The position numbers and the translations under genes were made by a program. Shown piece after piece: positions 22,268-30,926 of a DNA stretch of 64,000 bases (positions are counted from its first letter, which is position 1; each line of letters begins with the position of its first letter). A model generated the notes under the pieces. It was not told the DNA's origin. It saw nothing but the letters and a program-made list of their open reading frames with translations, and did no database searches. The stretch comes from Actinomycetes bacterium. GTDB lineage: Bacteria > Actinomycetota > Actinomycetes > JAHEKZ01. The DNA lies in assembly GCA_024644345.1 (NCBI GenBank), contig JAHELE010000003.1:1288-65287 (forward strand). Direction: 5' to 3'.

Positions 22268-23242
22268 GTGATCGATGCCCACAACCACCTCGGTCGATGG
22301 CTGTCTGCAGACGACGACTGGCTGGTCGACGACGTCGGCGAATTCATCGGAATGCTGGACCACGTTGGCGTCGACATGGTCGTGAACCTGGACGGACGCT
22401 GGGGTGCGGAGCTCGAAGCCAACATCGCTCGCTACGACGCGCGGCACCCTGGCCGCTTCCTGACCTTCTGTCACGTCGACTGGTCGGTTCTCAGCTCCGA
22501 CGACGACGAGCGTTCGATTGTCGACACCCTGTCGAGCCAGCTCGCGGCGTCAGCCGCTGCAGGAGCTCGCGGCGTGAAGGTGTGGAAAGACCTCGGCCTG
22601 CAGGTCCGCGGCGCGTCGGGTGAGTTGGTGATGCCCGACGACCCACGCGTCGCAGCCGTCCTCCAGGTGGCGGGCGAGCTCAATCTGCCGGTGCTCATTC
22701 ACACTGCTGACCCCGTTGCGTTCTTTGAACCGCTGACTCGGGCCAACGAGCGTTGGGACGAGTTGCAGGTGCACCCCGAGTGGTGGTTCGGGGGCTCGGG
22801 CATGCCGTCGTTCGGGTACCTCATGGACCGTCTCGACGGACTGCTGACCCGCTGCCCAGGCACGACCTTCATCGGTGCGCACGTCGGCTGCTGGGCCGAG
22901 GATCTCGACGCCGTCGGGCGGATGCTCGGCCGGCACGCCAACTGGACCATCGACATCGCGGGGCGTCTTGGCGAGCTGGGACGCACACCCGGGGACTTTC
23001 GCTCGCTGGTGGAGGACTTTCCCGACCGCGTCCTGTTCGGCACCGACTGTTTTCCACCGACGGCCGACGACTACGCCAGGCACCGGCACTTCATTGAGAC
23101 AACGGACACCGGCTTCGACTACTCGGGGGACCCCACCCCGCCCCAGGGGAACTGGACGATCGACGGCGCCGGCCTCGATGCCCGGCTGCTGCCCGGCCTC
23201 TACGACAACAATGCCCGCAGGATTCTCCGTCTTACTGATTGA
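22268..23242 (+). CDS. Amidohydrolase-2 family metal-dependent hydrolase (TIM barrel)
   Basis: N-terminal 'VIDAHNHLGRW' metal-binding HxH. A GTG start is preceded by GGAAGG/GGTAGGAA. ORF track start 21866 is an over-extension across the divergent sulfatase promoter. Confidence 0.65.
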   Translation: MIDAHNHLGRWLSADDDWLVDDVGEFIGMLDHVGVDMVVNLDGRWGAELEANIARYDARHPGRFLTFCHVDWSVLSSDDDERSIVDTLSSQLAASAAAGARGVKVWKDLGLQVRGASGELVMPDDPRVAAVLQVAGELNLPVLIHTADPVAFFEPLTRANERWDELQVHPEWWFGGSGMPSFGYLMDRLDGLLTRCPGTTFIGAHVGCWAEDLDAVGRMLGRHANWTIDIAGRLGELGRTPGDFRSLVEDFPDRVLFGTDCFPPTADDYARHRHFIETTDTGFDYSGDPTPPQGNWTIDGAGLDARLLPGLYDNNARRILRLTD

Positions 23243-23251
23243 CTGGTCAGT
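23242..23251. promoter_or_regulatory. Operator-like inverted repeat ACTGGTCAGT followed by TAGTTTTC, 23 nt upstream of the GcvT-like ATG
   Basis: Same motif, in inverted orientation, at 29082..29091 upstream of the Rieske oxygenase gene. Confidence 0.45.
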
Positions 23252-23273
23252 TAGTTTTCGCCAGGGTGGTGAC

Positions 23274-24359
23274 ATGACAGACGCCCCGGTCCGCTCCGTT
23301 CTGTACGACGTCCAAGACCGACAGGGAGGGATGTTCGACGACTTCGGTGGGTGGATGTGGACCCTCGACTTTGGCGACATCCTCGGCGAGTACGAGACGC
23401 TCCGCTCTGGTGCCGGCATGTGGGACGTGTACGCGCTCAACAAGTGGCTGGTGACCGGTCCCGATGCTGCGTCCGCCCTGCAGCGCGGCTTCACGAACAA
23501 TCTCGCCACCCAACAGGTGGGCCAGGTGCGCTACGGAGCATTCGTCGATGAGAACGGAATCCTTCTCGACGAGGGAACGGTCTATCGTCGCGCCGACGGC
23601 TCCTACTACGCGTTCACGAACACCGACACATTCGACGGCTTTGTTCGTGGTCACTCGCCAGATGCCGACGTATCCCTCGTCAACAAGCTGCACGACATGC
23701 CCCTTGTCTCTGTGCAGGGTCCACGTTCACGCGAGATCCTGCAGTCGCTCAGCGACTTCGACTTCTCGACGCTTGCGTACTTCCGGTTCGCTGAACCGGT
23801 CACCGTCGCGGGCATTGAGGTGTTCATCTCCAGGACGGGTTTCTCCGGTGAACTCGGCTACGAGCTCATCCCCGCGCGCGACGATGCTGAGCCTTTGTGG
23901 CTTGCCCTGGCCGATGCCGGCGTCCGGCCCGTTGGGTTCAACGCCATCGACATCGCGCGGATCGAGGCCGGGTTGATCGTCTTTGAGTACGAGTACGAAC
24001 CTGGTCTACTGACGCCGTTCGACCTCGGAATGGACCGCATGGTCAGCTTCGCCCCCGACATCGACTATGTGGGCAAGATCGCTCTGCAGAGGATTGCCGA
24101 GAACCCACCGCACCGCCTGAAGACACTTCGCCTGGAAGCTGGAGAGCTTCCGGAGGCGGGCTCGGAGGTCACCAAGGACGGGGCCAAGGTCGGAACGCTG
24201 ACCAGCCCAACGAACAGCCCCCGTTTCGGGCCCATCGCCTTGGCGATCCTCGACACGGCCGTCGCCGACAATGACGCCGTGCTGCAGGTGGTCGGTTCGA
24301 CGGTCACCGTGGCCGACCTCTCGATATTCGACCCGACGAAGGCTAAGCCGCGCGCCTGA
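23274..24359 (+). CDS. Aminomethyltransferase (GcvT/DmdA/DgcA folate-binding family)
   Basis: 361 aa; 'FSGELGYEL', 'YEPGLLTPFDLG', GcvT fold throughout. Confidence 0.8.
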   Translation: MTDAPVRSVLYDVQDRQGGMFDDFGGWMWTLDFGDILGEYETLRSGAGMWDVYALNKWLVTGPDAASALQRGFTNNLATQQVGQVRYGAFVDENGILLDEGTVYRRADGSYYAFTNTDTFDGFVRGHSPDADVSLVNKLHDMPLVSVQGPRSREILQSLSDFDFSTLAYFRFAEPVTVAGIEVFISRTGFSGELGYELIPARDDAEPLWLALADAGVRPVGFNAIDIARIEAGLIVFEYEYEPGLLTPFDLGMDRMVSFAPDIDYVGKIALQRIAENPPHRLKTLRLEAGELPEAGSEVTKDGAKVGTLTSPTNSPRFGPIALAILDTAVADNDAVLQVVGSTVTVADLSIFDPTKAKPRA

Positions 24360-24939
24360 CCGCACGACGTTGTCGGACCGTCATCCAGACCCCGGCGAGT
24401 GCGGCCCCTGATGTTCCGAGGAACTCGTCGAACAGAGTGTCTTCGTAGGCGGTGTCGAGCTCAGTGCCGTGCCGGATGAACGCGTACCACTCGCCGAGCT
24501 CCCACCCGATCGCCAGGATGGCTCCGATGCCCACCGTCAACCAGCCGAGGGCCCACGGCGGCAGAGTCGATGCCTGGGACAGGATGAGACCGGCGCCGGC
24601 GGCCAGCAGGAACCAGTTCACGAAATGGTTCGCGTCGTCCCACCAGGACACCGTGTCGTAGAGGTTCAGGGTGTTACCCGTGACGTCGATGAGGAACGGC
24701 GTCCAGATGAACGCGAATGCCCGCCACGGTGTCTCGGGGACGGGCTTTTGCCGACGGCCCCACGCCCAGTAGGCCACGGGGACGATGAGCATCATCAGCG
24801 GGTAGGCCAGCAACCGTGCGCCGAAGGCCTTGCCCTCGAACTGGTCGAGTCCCGGCACGAACGTCGCAACTCCCAGCTGCAGAACCGTGAGCCCGAAGAT
24901 CACCAAAGCAATCACGCGGCTCAGCCCGGCTCTCGTCAC
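24343..24939 (-). CDS. Hypothetical polytopic membrane protein
   Basis: 5-6 TM helices and no catalytic motif. Convergent with the GcvT-like gene, with a 17-nt overlap. Confidence 0.45.
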   Translation of the reverse strand: MTRAGLSRVIALVIFGLTVLQLGVATFVPGLDQFEGKAFGARLLAYPLMMLIVPVAYWAWGRRQKPVPETPWRAFAFIWTPFLIDVTGNTLNLYDTVSWWDDANHFVNWFLLAAGAGLILSQASTLPPWALGWLTVGIGAILAIGWELGEWYAFIRHGTELDTAYEDTLFDEFLGTSGAALAGVWMTVRQRRAVRRAA

Positions 24940-25021
24940 GTGGCACAGAGTAGGGGTGGCCAGACGAAGGCTTGTGCGTCGACATGCCTAGAGATCTGGC
25001 TAGGATCCGATCGGATGAGAG

Positions 25022-26038
25022 GTGGTGCCGTCGATGAGCGACGTCTTGCAGCAGCGTGACTTTCTGAAGGAGATTGACTTCACCAGGGACGAGCTGCAGC
25101 ACCTCATCGACCTCGCCGGAGAGCTCAAGACCGCCAAGCGAACCGGCACCGAGAACAAGCACCTGACCGGCCGCTCAATCGCCCTGATCTTCGAGAAGTC
25201 GTCGACCCGTACGCGCTGTGCCTTCGAAGTCGCCGCGTACGACCAGGGAGCTCATGTCACCTACCTCGACCCCTCGTCGTCGCAAATCGGCCACAAGGAG
25301 TCAGCGGCCGATACGGCCCGGGTGCTGTCTCGCATGTTCGACGCCATCGAGTTCCGGGGTAAGGCCCAGGCCACAGTCGAAGAGCTGGCCGAGTTCTCCG
25401 ATGTCCCGGTCTACAACGGGTTGACCGATGAGTGGCACCCCACACAGATGCTGGCTGACTTTCTCACCATGGAAGAGCACGCGTCGCACGCGACCACCCG
25501 GCCGAGCTTCTGCTTCCTCGGTGACGGACGATTCAACATGGGCCGCTCACTGCTTGTCATGGGGGCAATCATGGGATCCGACGTCCGGATCTGCGCGCCT
25601 CAGACTCTTTGGCCTGATGACGAAGTGCAGGCGATCGCCCGCGAGCACGCCGACCGATCGGGTGCTTCGGTCACCCTGACCGAGGACCCCGACGAAGGTC
25701 TGCGTGGGGTTGAGTTCGTACACACGGACGTCTGGGTGTCGATGGGCGAGCCGAAGGAGGTCTGGGCATCACGCGTCAAGGAGCTGATGCCGTACCAGGT
25801 GAACGCGGTCGCCCTGGCAAAGACAGGTAACGCCAACGCGAAGTTCATGCACTGCTTACCTGCATTTCACGATGAGCGCACCGCGGTGGGACGCGAAGTA
25901 TCCGCACTGACCGGGGTCACGGGTGGCCTCGAGGTCACCGACGAGGTATTCGCCTCGCCGGCCAACATCGCCTTCGACCAGGCGGAGAACCGTCTACACA
26001 CGATCAAGGCCCTCATGGTCGCGACTCTGGGCCGCTGA
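25022..26038 (+). CDS. Ornithine carbamoyltransferase, closest to catabolic ArcB-type
   Basis: '[17 protein letters not shown]', 'HCLPAFH', and N-terminus collinear with ArcB ('[27 protein letters not shown]'). The start is probably MSDVLQQ at about 25034. Confidence 0.88.
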   Translation: MVPSMSDVLQQRDFLKEIDFTRDELQHLIDLAGELKTAKRTGTENKHLTGRSIALIFEKSSTRTRCAFEVAAYDQGAHVTYLDPSSSQIGHKESAADTARVLSRMFDAIEFRGKAQATVEELAEFSDVPVYNGLTDEWHPTQMLADFLTMEEHASHATTRPSFCFLGDGRFNMGRSLLVMGAIMGSDVRICAPQTLWPDDEVQAIAREHADRSGASVTLTEDPDEGLRGVEFVHTDVWVSMGEPKEVWASRVKELMPYQVNAVALAKTGNANAKFMHCLPAFHDERTAVGREVSALTGVTGGLEVTDEVFASPANIAFDQAENRLHTIKALMVATLGR

Positions 26039-27454
26039 TCAGTCAGGCCGTGCCGGAACTGCCGCACTGGGCGCGCTGACGACAAAGACCCCGGCCCGCT
26101 CCGCGTGTGCGGCCCAGCCCAGGAGGTCCTCGTCGCCGTTGGGGCGTCCGATCAGCTGCACCCCCATGTGCAGCCCTTCCTCGTTGGTGCCAGCGGGCAT
26201 AGAGAGGGCAGGCAGCCCAGCGAACGTTGCGAGCGTCGTCACCTCCATCCATCGGTGGTAGGTGTCCATGGCGACTCCGTTGACCGAAGCCGGCCAGTGC
26301 AGGGATGCAGGGAAGGGCCAGCACTGGGCGGTGGGCATGGCCAAGAAATCAAAGCGCCCAAGCAGAGTCACGAGCGACTGACGCACACCGTCGCGAACGA
26401 GCTTCGCGTGCGCCAGCTGTCGGCTTGTCAGAGAGCGAAATCCGGCGACCTCCCACTGGGCCTCTGGCTTCATGCCGTCAATCGTGGATCCATCGAACTC
26501 GGCTGCAAGCGATCCGCCGACCTCGTGGTGGCGAATGGCCAGCCATGCCGGCCACAGCTGAGAAGCGCCGGTGAAGGCGCCCCGGGTCGGCAGATCGGCG
26601 CTGTCCACGCGACCGCACCACGCCTTCAGGGTGCTCGCACAGGTGTCGAGGATCCCGCCCTCGAAGGGCAGGTATCCACCAAGATCTCCCAGCCAACCGA
26701 TTCGCGGACTGGCGTCAGGTGGTGGGAGACCCAGCACCGAGATTCCTTTCTGTCCTGCCATGGTCGCGAGTAACGCATGGAGATCGCCAACGCTGCGAGC
26801 GATCGGCCCGTCCACCCCGCTGCCATGCGCGCCGGTGGCGTCCTGCACACCTGGGACAACGCCGACTGACGGACGCAGTCCCAGCACGCCGTTCCAGCCC
26901 GGAGGGTTGCGCAGCGACCCCATGAAGTCACTGCCGTCCGCCACAGGGGTCATTCCGGTCGCTACCGAGACCGCAGCTCCGCCGCTGCTACCTCCGGCAG
27001 TCAGTGAAGGATCGACGACGTTGCCCGTCGTCGGACCGATGGCGTTGTAGGTGTGCGACCCAAGGCCGAACTCAGGAGTGTTCGTCTTGCCGATGAAGAC
27101 AACGCCAGCGGCCCGTAGATGCGCCACGAACGGGTCGTCGACGTTCGCCACCGGCGACTCAGCCACCGGGCGGAAGCCCAAGGTGGTCGGCAGTCCCTCT
27201 ACGTGCGACAGATCCTTCACCGCGTGCGGAAGCCCGTGCATCCAACCGCGCCACATCCCGTGATCCAGCTCATCATCACGTTCAGCCGCGTCCGCCAGGA
27301 CCACATCACGAGGGCGTCGACTGCTCAAGGCGTGGTACGAAACGTCCAGTAGCTCGATTCGGTCGAGATGTGCGCGCACCACCTCGACACACGAGATCTC
27401 TCGCTGTTGTATCGCTCGACTCAGCTGCAACGCAGAATGGTCGAAGGCGGGCAT
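26039..27454 (-). CDS. Amidase (amidase-signature family)
   Basis: 'GGSSGGAAVSVATG' plus the 'GKTNTPEFG' Ser-cisSer-Lys triad context. Confidence 0.85.
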   Translation of the reverse strand: MPAFDHSALQLSRAIQQREISCVEVVRAHLDRIELLDVSYHALSSRRPRDVVLADAAERDDELDHGMWRGWMHGLPHAVKDLSHVEGLPTTLGFRPVAESPVANVDDPFVAHLRAAGVVFIGKTNTPEFGLGSHTYNAIGPTTGNVVDPSLTAGGSSGGAAVSVATGMTPVADGSDFMGSLRNPPGWNGVLGLRPSVGVVPGVQDATGAHGSGVDGPIARSVGDLHALLATMAGQKGISVLGLPPPDASPRIGWLGDLGGYLPFEGGILDTCASTLKAWCGRVDSADLPTRGAFTGASQLWPAWLAIRHHEVGGSLAAEFDGSTIDGMKPEAQWEVAGFRSLTSRQLAHAKLVRDGVRQSLVTLLGRFDFLAMPTAQCWPFPASLHWPASVNGVAMDTYHRWMEVTTLATFAGLPALSMPAGTNEEGLHMGVQLIGRPNGDEDLLGWAAHAERAGVFVVSAPSAAVPARPD

Positions 27455-28938
27455 CAGCTCTCTCGTTCCACGAGCTCGTTCCGCAGCGCGGCCTTCTCCA
27501 CCTTGCCCATCACGTTGCGCGGCAGGCTCTTCATCACCACGATTTCCTTTGGCACCTGGTACCCGGCTAGCCGCGACCGTGCTGCCTCACGCAGCACCTC
27601 GGGCTCGAGCCGAATCTCGGGGTTGGCGACAACGACGGCCACGACGCGCTCTCCGAAGTCCGGATCCGGCAGTCCCACCACGGCCGACTCCACCACCCCG
27701 GGCAACGAGTCAAGGACACTCTCGACATCGGTCGGGTAGACGTTCAGACCCCCCGTGATGACAAGGTCCTTCGAGCGACCCACCAGCTCGAGGTATCCAT
27801 CATCATCGAACCGGCCCAGATCGCCGGTACGGAACCACCCGTCTGTCGTGAACGACTCGTCCGCGAGCTCCGGTCGCCGCCAGTAGCCGGAGAAGACGTT
27901 CGGACCGCGTACCTGCACATCGCCCACCTGCCCCGCCATTACAGGTCGATCAGCTTCGTCCACGGTTCGGATTGACACCCCGGGAAGCGGGGGACCGACA
28001 GTCCCAGGACGCCGTGGGCCGGCAAGGGGGTTGGAGGCCAACATCGAGGTCTCGGTCATTCCGTAGCGTTCGAGGATCTCAGCGCCTGTCCGTGCGGTGA
28101 ACTCAGCATGCGTTGCCTGCGTCATCGGTGCCGAACCAGAGACGAAGAGCCGCACCCTGGCGCAAGCGGCGGCGGTGAATCTCTCGTCAGTGAGCAACCG
28201 CGTGTAGTGCGTCGGTACCCCCATCACCACCGAGCAGGACGGCAGTGCGGCCAAGATCTCATCAATGTCGAAGGTGGGTAAGAGCACCATGGACGCACCG
28301 CTGGTCAGAACGCAGTGCGCTGCCACGAAGAGACCGTGAGTGTGAAACAGCGGAAGGATATGCAGGAGGACGTCCGAAGGAGTGAATCGCCATGCGTCGA
28401 CCAGGGTTTGAGCGTTGGCTGCCAGATTGCCGTGACTCAGGAGTGCACCCTTCGGTCGCCCTGTGGTGCCTGATGTGTAGAGCAGAGCCGCTCCATCGTC
28501 GGCCGTCACCGCTGGTAGCTCGTCAGAGCCTTCACTCATGATGTCTCGGAGCGAACCGTGGCCCATCGCGTCCATCGTGAGCAGCCGCCAGGGCCCACCT
28601 AGTGGTGAACGCCCCGGCGAGCGGATGACCAGCGACGGCTCGGCGTCGGCCAGCAGTGCGTCCACCTCCGCGTCGGCGTAGCTGGGGTTCAGCGGAAGCT
28701 GAATCGCACCACAGCGAAGCAGCGCAAGGTGCAGGACCACCGTGGCCACCGACTTGTCCACTTGGTATGCCACTCGATCACCGATGCCGATGCCAGACGC
28801 CACGATGGCCCGTGCCAGCCGCGTTGACGCCTCGTCGAGCTGTCCGTAGGTGAGGCCGGCACCCATCGGAGTGCGGATGGCCGGCGCGTGGCGGCTCGCC
28901 GTGACATCAGCCAGGAGCCCCAGCAAGGTACGACTCAC
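27454..28938 (-). CDS. AMP-dependent synthetase/ligase (acyl-CoA synthetase family)
   Basis: '[12 protein letters not shown]', 'TGDLGRFDDDGYLELVGRSKD'. A 1-nt stop/start overlap with the amidase gene implies an operon. Confidence 0.85.
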   Translation of the reverse strand: MSRTLLGLLADVTASRHAPAIRTPMGAGLTYGQLDEASTRLARAIVASGIGIGDRVAYQVDKSVATVVLHLALLRCGAIQLPLNPSYADAEVDALLADAEPSLVIRSPGRSPLGGPWRLLTMDAMGHGSLRDIMSEGSDELPAVTADDGAALLYTSGTTGRPKGALLSHGNLAANAQTLVDAWRFTPSDVLLHILPLFHTHGLFVAAHCVLTSGASMVLLPTFDIDEILAALPSCSVVMGVPTHYTRLLTDERFTAAACARVRLFVSGSAPMTQATHAEFTARTGAEILERYGMTETSMLASNPLAGPRRPGTVGPPLPGVSIRTVDEADRPVMAGQVGDVQVRGPNVFSGYWRRPELADESFTTDGWFRTGDLGRFDDDGYLELVGRSKDLVITGGLNVYPTDVESVLDSLPGVVESAVVGLPDPDFGERVVAVVVANPEIRLEPEVLREAARSRLAGYQVPKEIVVMKSLPRNVMGKVEKAALRNELVERES

Positions 28939-29081
28939 TTGCTCACCCGATATCTGCTGCCACGTGCACGCTCGATGCCCACGCTGAGCCGTGGGCTTCA
29001 GACCCTATTGGAGCGGGTCGATATGCCGTAGAGATGCTTCCCTACCCGCCTTGGCTCGGGTTATCCTTGGCTCGCTGACTG

Positions 29082-29091
29082 ACTGACCAGT
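29082..29091. promoter_or_regulatory. Operator-like inverted repeat ACTGACCAGT followed by CACTTTTC, 21 nt upstream of the Rieske oxygenase ATG
   Basis: Reverse complement of the site at 23242..23251, with the same downstream TTTTC and the same distance to the start codon. Confidence 0.45.
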
Positions 29092-29111
29092 CACTTTTCA
29101 ACGGAGGATCG

Positions 29112-30212
29112 ATGACCACCCAGGTTCGCCACACGCTGCCGGCCACCCACTACTACTCGCCTGAGCAGTACGCCGTGGAGCAGGAGTGCCTGTGGTACGA
29201 GCAGTGGGTGTTTGCGGGGCGGGCCGACCAGGTGGCCGACCCGGGCCAGTTCCTCACCGTCGACATCGCCGGCCAGGGCGTGCTGATCACCCGCAACAGC
29301 GAAGGTGCGCTTCGGGCGTTCTACAACGTGTGCAGTCACCGTGGCGCCGTGCTCTGCGACGACACCCGAGGCGAAACCAAAGCAGTGTTCCAGTGTCCGT
29401 ACCACGCGTGGTGCTATGACTTCGACGGCGTGCTCGTCGCCACCCCCCGGGTCGACAAGGACGAGGTTGACCGATCGGTCCTCGGACTCAAGCCCGTGCA
29501 CGTCGACGATTGGCAGGGTTTCCTTTTCGTCAACCTGAGCCGCGAAACGCCGACGCCACTGCGCGACTCCCTAGACGGTCACTACGACTCACCGCTGCGC
29601 TTCGAGAAGCACGAGCTCGACCGCCTCGCCACCGTTCACCGCACCGAGTCAGTCGTAGCGGCCAACTGGAAGATTCTGATCGAGAACTACAACGAGTGTC
29701 TGCACTGCCCCATCGTCCACCCCGAGCTGGTGGAGGTCGTTCCGACCTACAAGAAGGGCATGACCGGCGACCGAAGCCGAGAGGACGGCGGCGTCGCGCT
29801 AATTACTGGTGGGACGAGCTACTCCGACGACCCTCGTGCTCGCCGGGCCGTTCTTCCCGGCATGAACGACGAGATGGCCCACAGCATCTACGGCAGTCAG
29901 GTGTTCCCCAACATGTTCCTCGACATCGCCGGCAGCAATGTCGTCGCGACCAGGCTCGTTCCGGAGGGCCCCCTCCAGACCCGCGTCCTCACCGAGTACC
30001 TCTTCATGCCCGAAGACATCGCTGAGCCGGACTTCGACCACCAGCCGGTCGTCGACTTCTGCGAGCTGGTTGCCGGGCAGGACTACGCCGTATCCGAACG
30101 CGTCCAGCGCGGTATCACCTCACGCGGGTTCGCACACGGCGTCTACCCCGAGAAGGACGACTACGTCCACCAGTTCAACGAGTACTACCGCAAGGTCATG
30201 AACGAGGCCTGA
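29112..30212 (+). CDS. Rieske [2Fe-2S] non-heme iron oxygenase alpha subunit (GbcA/CntA/Stc2-like)
   Basis: Rieske motif 'CSHRGAVLC..CPYHAWCYDF' and mononuclear Fe site 'NECLHCPIVHPE'. No adjacent reductase gene. Confidence 0.85.
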   Translation: MTTQVRHTLPATHYYSPEQYAVEQECLWYEQWVFAGRADQVADPGQFLTVDIAGQGVLITRNSEGALRAFYNVCSHRGAVLCDDTRGETKAVFQCPYHAWCYDFDGVLVATPRVDKDEVDRSVLGLKPVHVDDWQGFLFVNLSRETPTPLRDSLDGHYDSPLRFEKHELDRLATVHRTESVVAANWKILIENYNECLHCPIVHPELVEVVPTYKKGMTGDRSREDGGVALITGGTSYSDDPRARRAVLPGMNDEMAHSIYGSQVFPNMFLDIAGSNVVATRLVPEGPLQTRVLTEYLFMPEDIAEPDFDHQPVVDFCELVAGQDYAVSERVQRGITSRGFAHGVYPEKDDYVHQFNEYYRKVMNEA

Positions 30213-30239
30213 CGCACCTGGCACGACCGCAACAGCAAT

Positions 30240-30818
30240 GTGATGGTGTTCACTAGTTCGATGGCGTCGTCCCGCACAGTTCACCGCAGCCTGCTGGATG
30301 CCATGGACAACGCATGGGAGCCCGTATCCGCTCGGTTGTCAGGTATGAGTGAGAGCGAGTACGCGTGGCAGCCAGTCGCCGAGTGCTGGACCGTTCGCAC
30401 CCACGGTGGCCATTGGCTCGCAGACTGGGCGGATCCGGACCCTGATCCCGCACCCGTGACGACGATTGCCTGGCGTACCTGGCATGTTGCGGTCGATTCC
30501 CTCGACAGCTACTCCGAGAGACTGTTCGGCGTACGGGGTACCGGCCTCACGGGAACGAACTGGGTGGGGACCTGGCGCGAGGCCGAGCCACTTATGGCGG
30601 CCGCGTTCGACGTCTACCGCAGAGGTGTTGCTGGGTGGACCGACAAGACGCTGCTGGCTCCTCTGGGTGCACAGTGGGGTCCGTTCGCACACCACACTCA
30701 TTTGGATCTTGCGTTGCACGCTATCCGCGAGCTGATCCACCACTTGGCCGAGATTGCGCTCCTGCGTGACCTCTATCGAGCGATGCTCGACCAGCGCGGA
30801 AGTGACTTTCTGCCCTGA
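30240..30818 (+). CDS. DinB/YfiT-like (DinB_2) superfamily protein
   Basis: His-rich 4-helix pattern ('HGGHW', 'WHVAVDS', 'HHTHLDLALHAIRELIHH'). 27 nt after the Rieske gene, so probably co-transcribed. Confidence 0.55.
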   Translation: MMVFTSSMASSRTVHRSLLDAMDNAWEPVSARLSGMSESEYAWQPVAECWTVRTHGGHWLADWADPDPDPAPVTTIAWRTWHVAVDSLDSYSERLFGVRGTGLTGTNWVGTWREAEPLMAAAFDVYRRGVAGWTDKTLLAPLGAQWGPFAHHTHLDLALHAIRELIHHLAEIALLRDLYRAMLDQRGSDFLP

Positions 30819-30926
30819 CGCTCCGACTGAGGGCCCCGATAGATTTGTTGTGGCGACCACGCCTCGGTCGCCGACGGGACTGCCAGTCGCCCCGCCTCTC
30901 GCTAGTGAGAGTGTCGGAGGGTTGAC

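Noticed and set aside
21866-23242. 458-aa version of the amidohydrolase and 246-aa version of the nuclease (20013..)
   Set aside because: Both extensions cross divergent promoter regions and lack protein-like composition. Internal starts with Shine-Dalgarno sequences (GGAGG at 20141, GGAAGG at 22241) fit the conserved N-termini.
24975-24995. CCTAG-N8-CTAGG inverted repeat upstream of the OTCase as an ArgR box
   Set aside because: It does not resemble the actinobacterial ARG-box consensus. It is mentioned only as a possible operator inside the OTCase finding.
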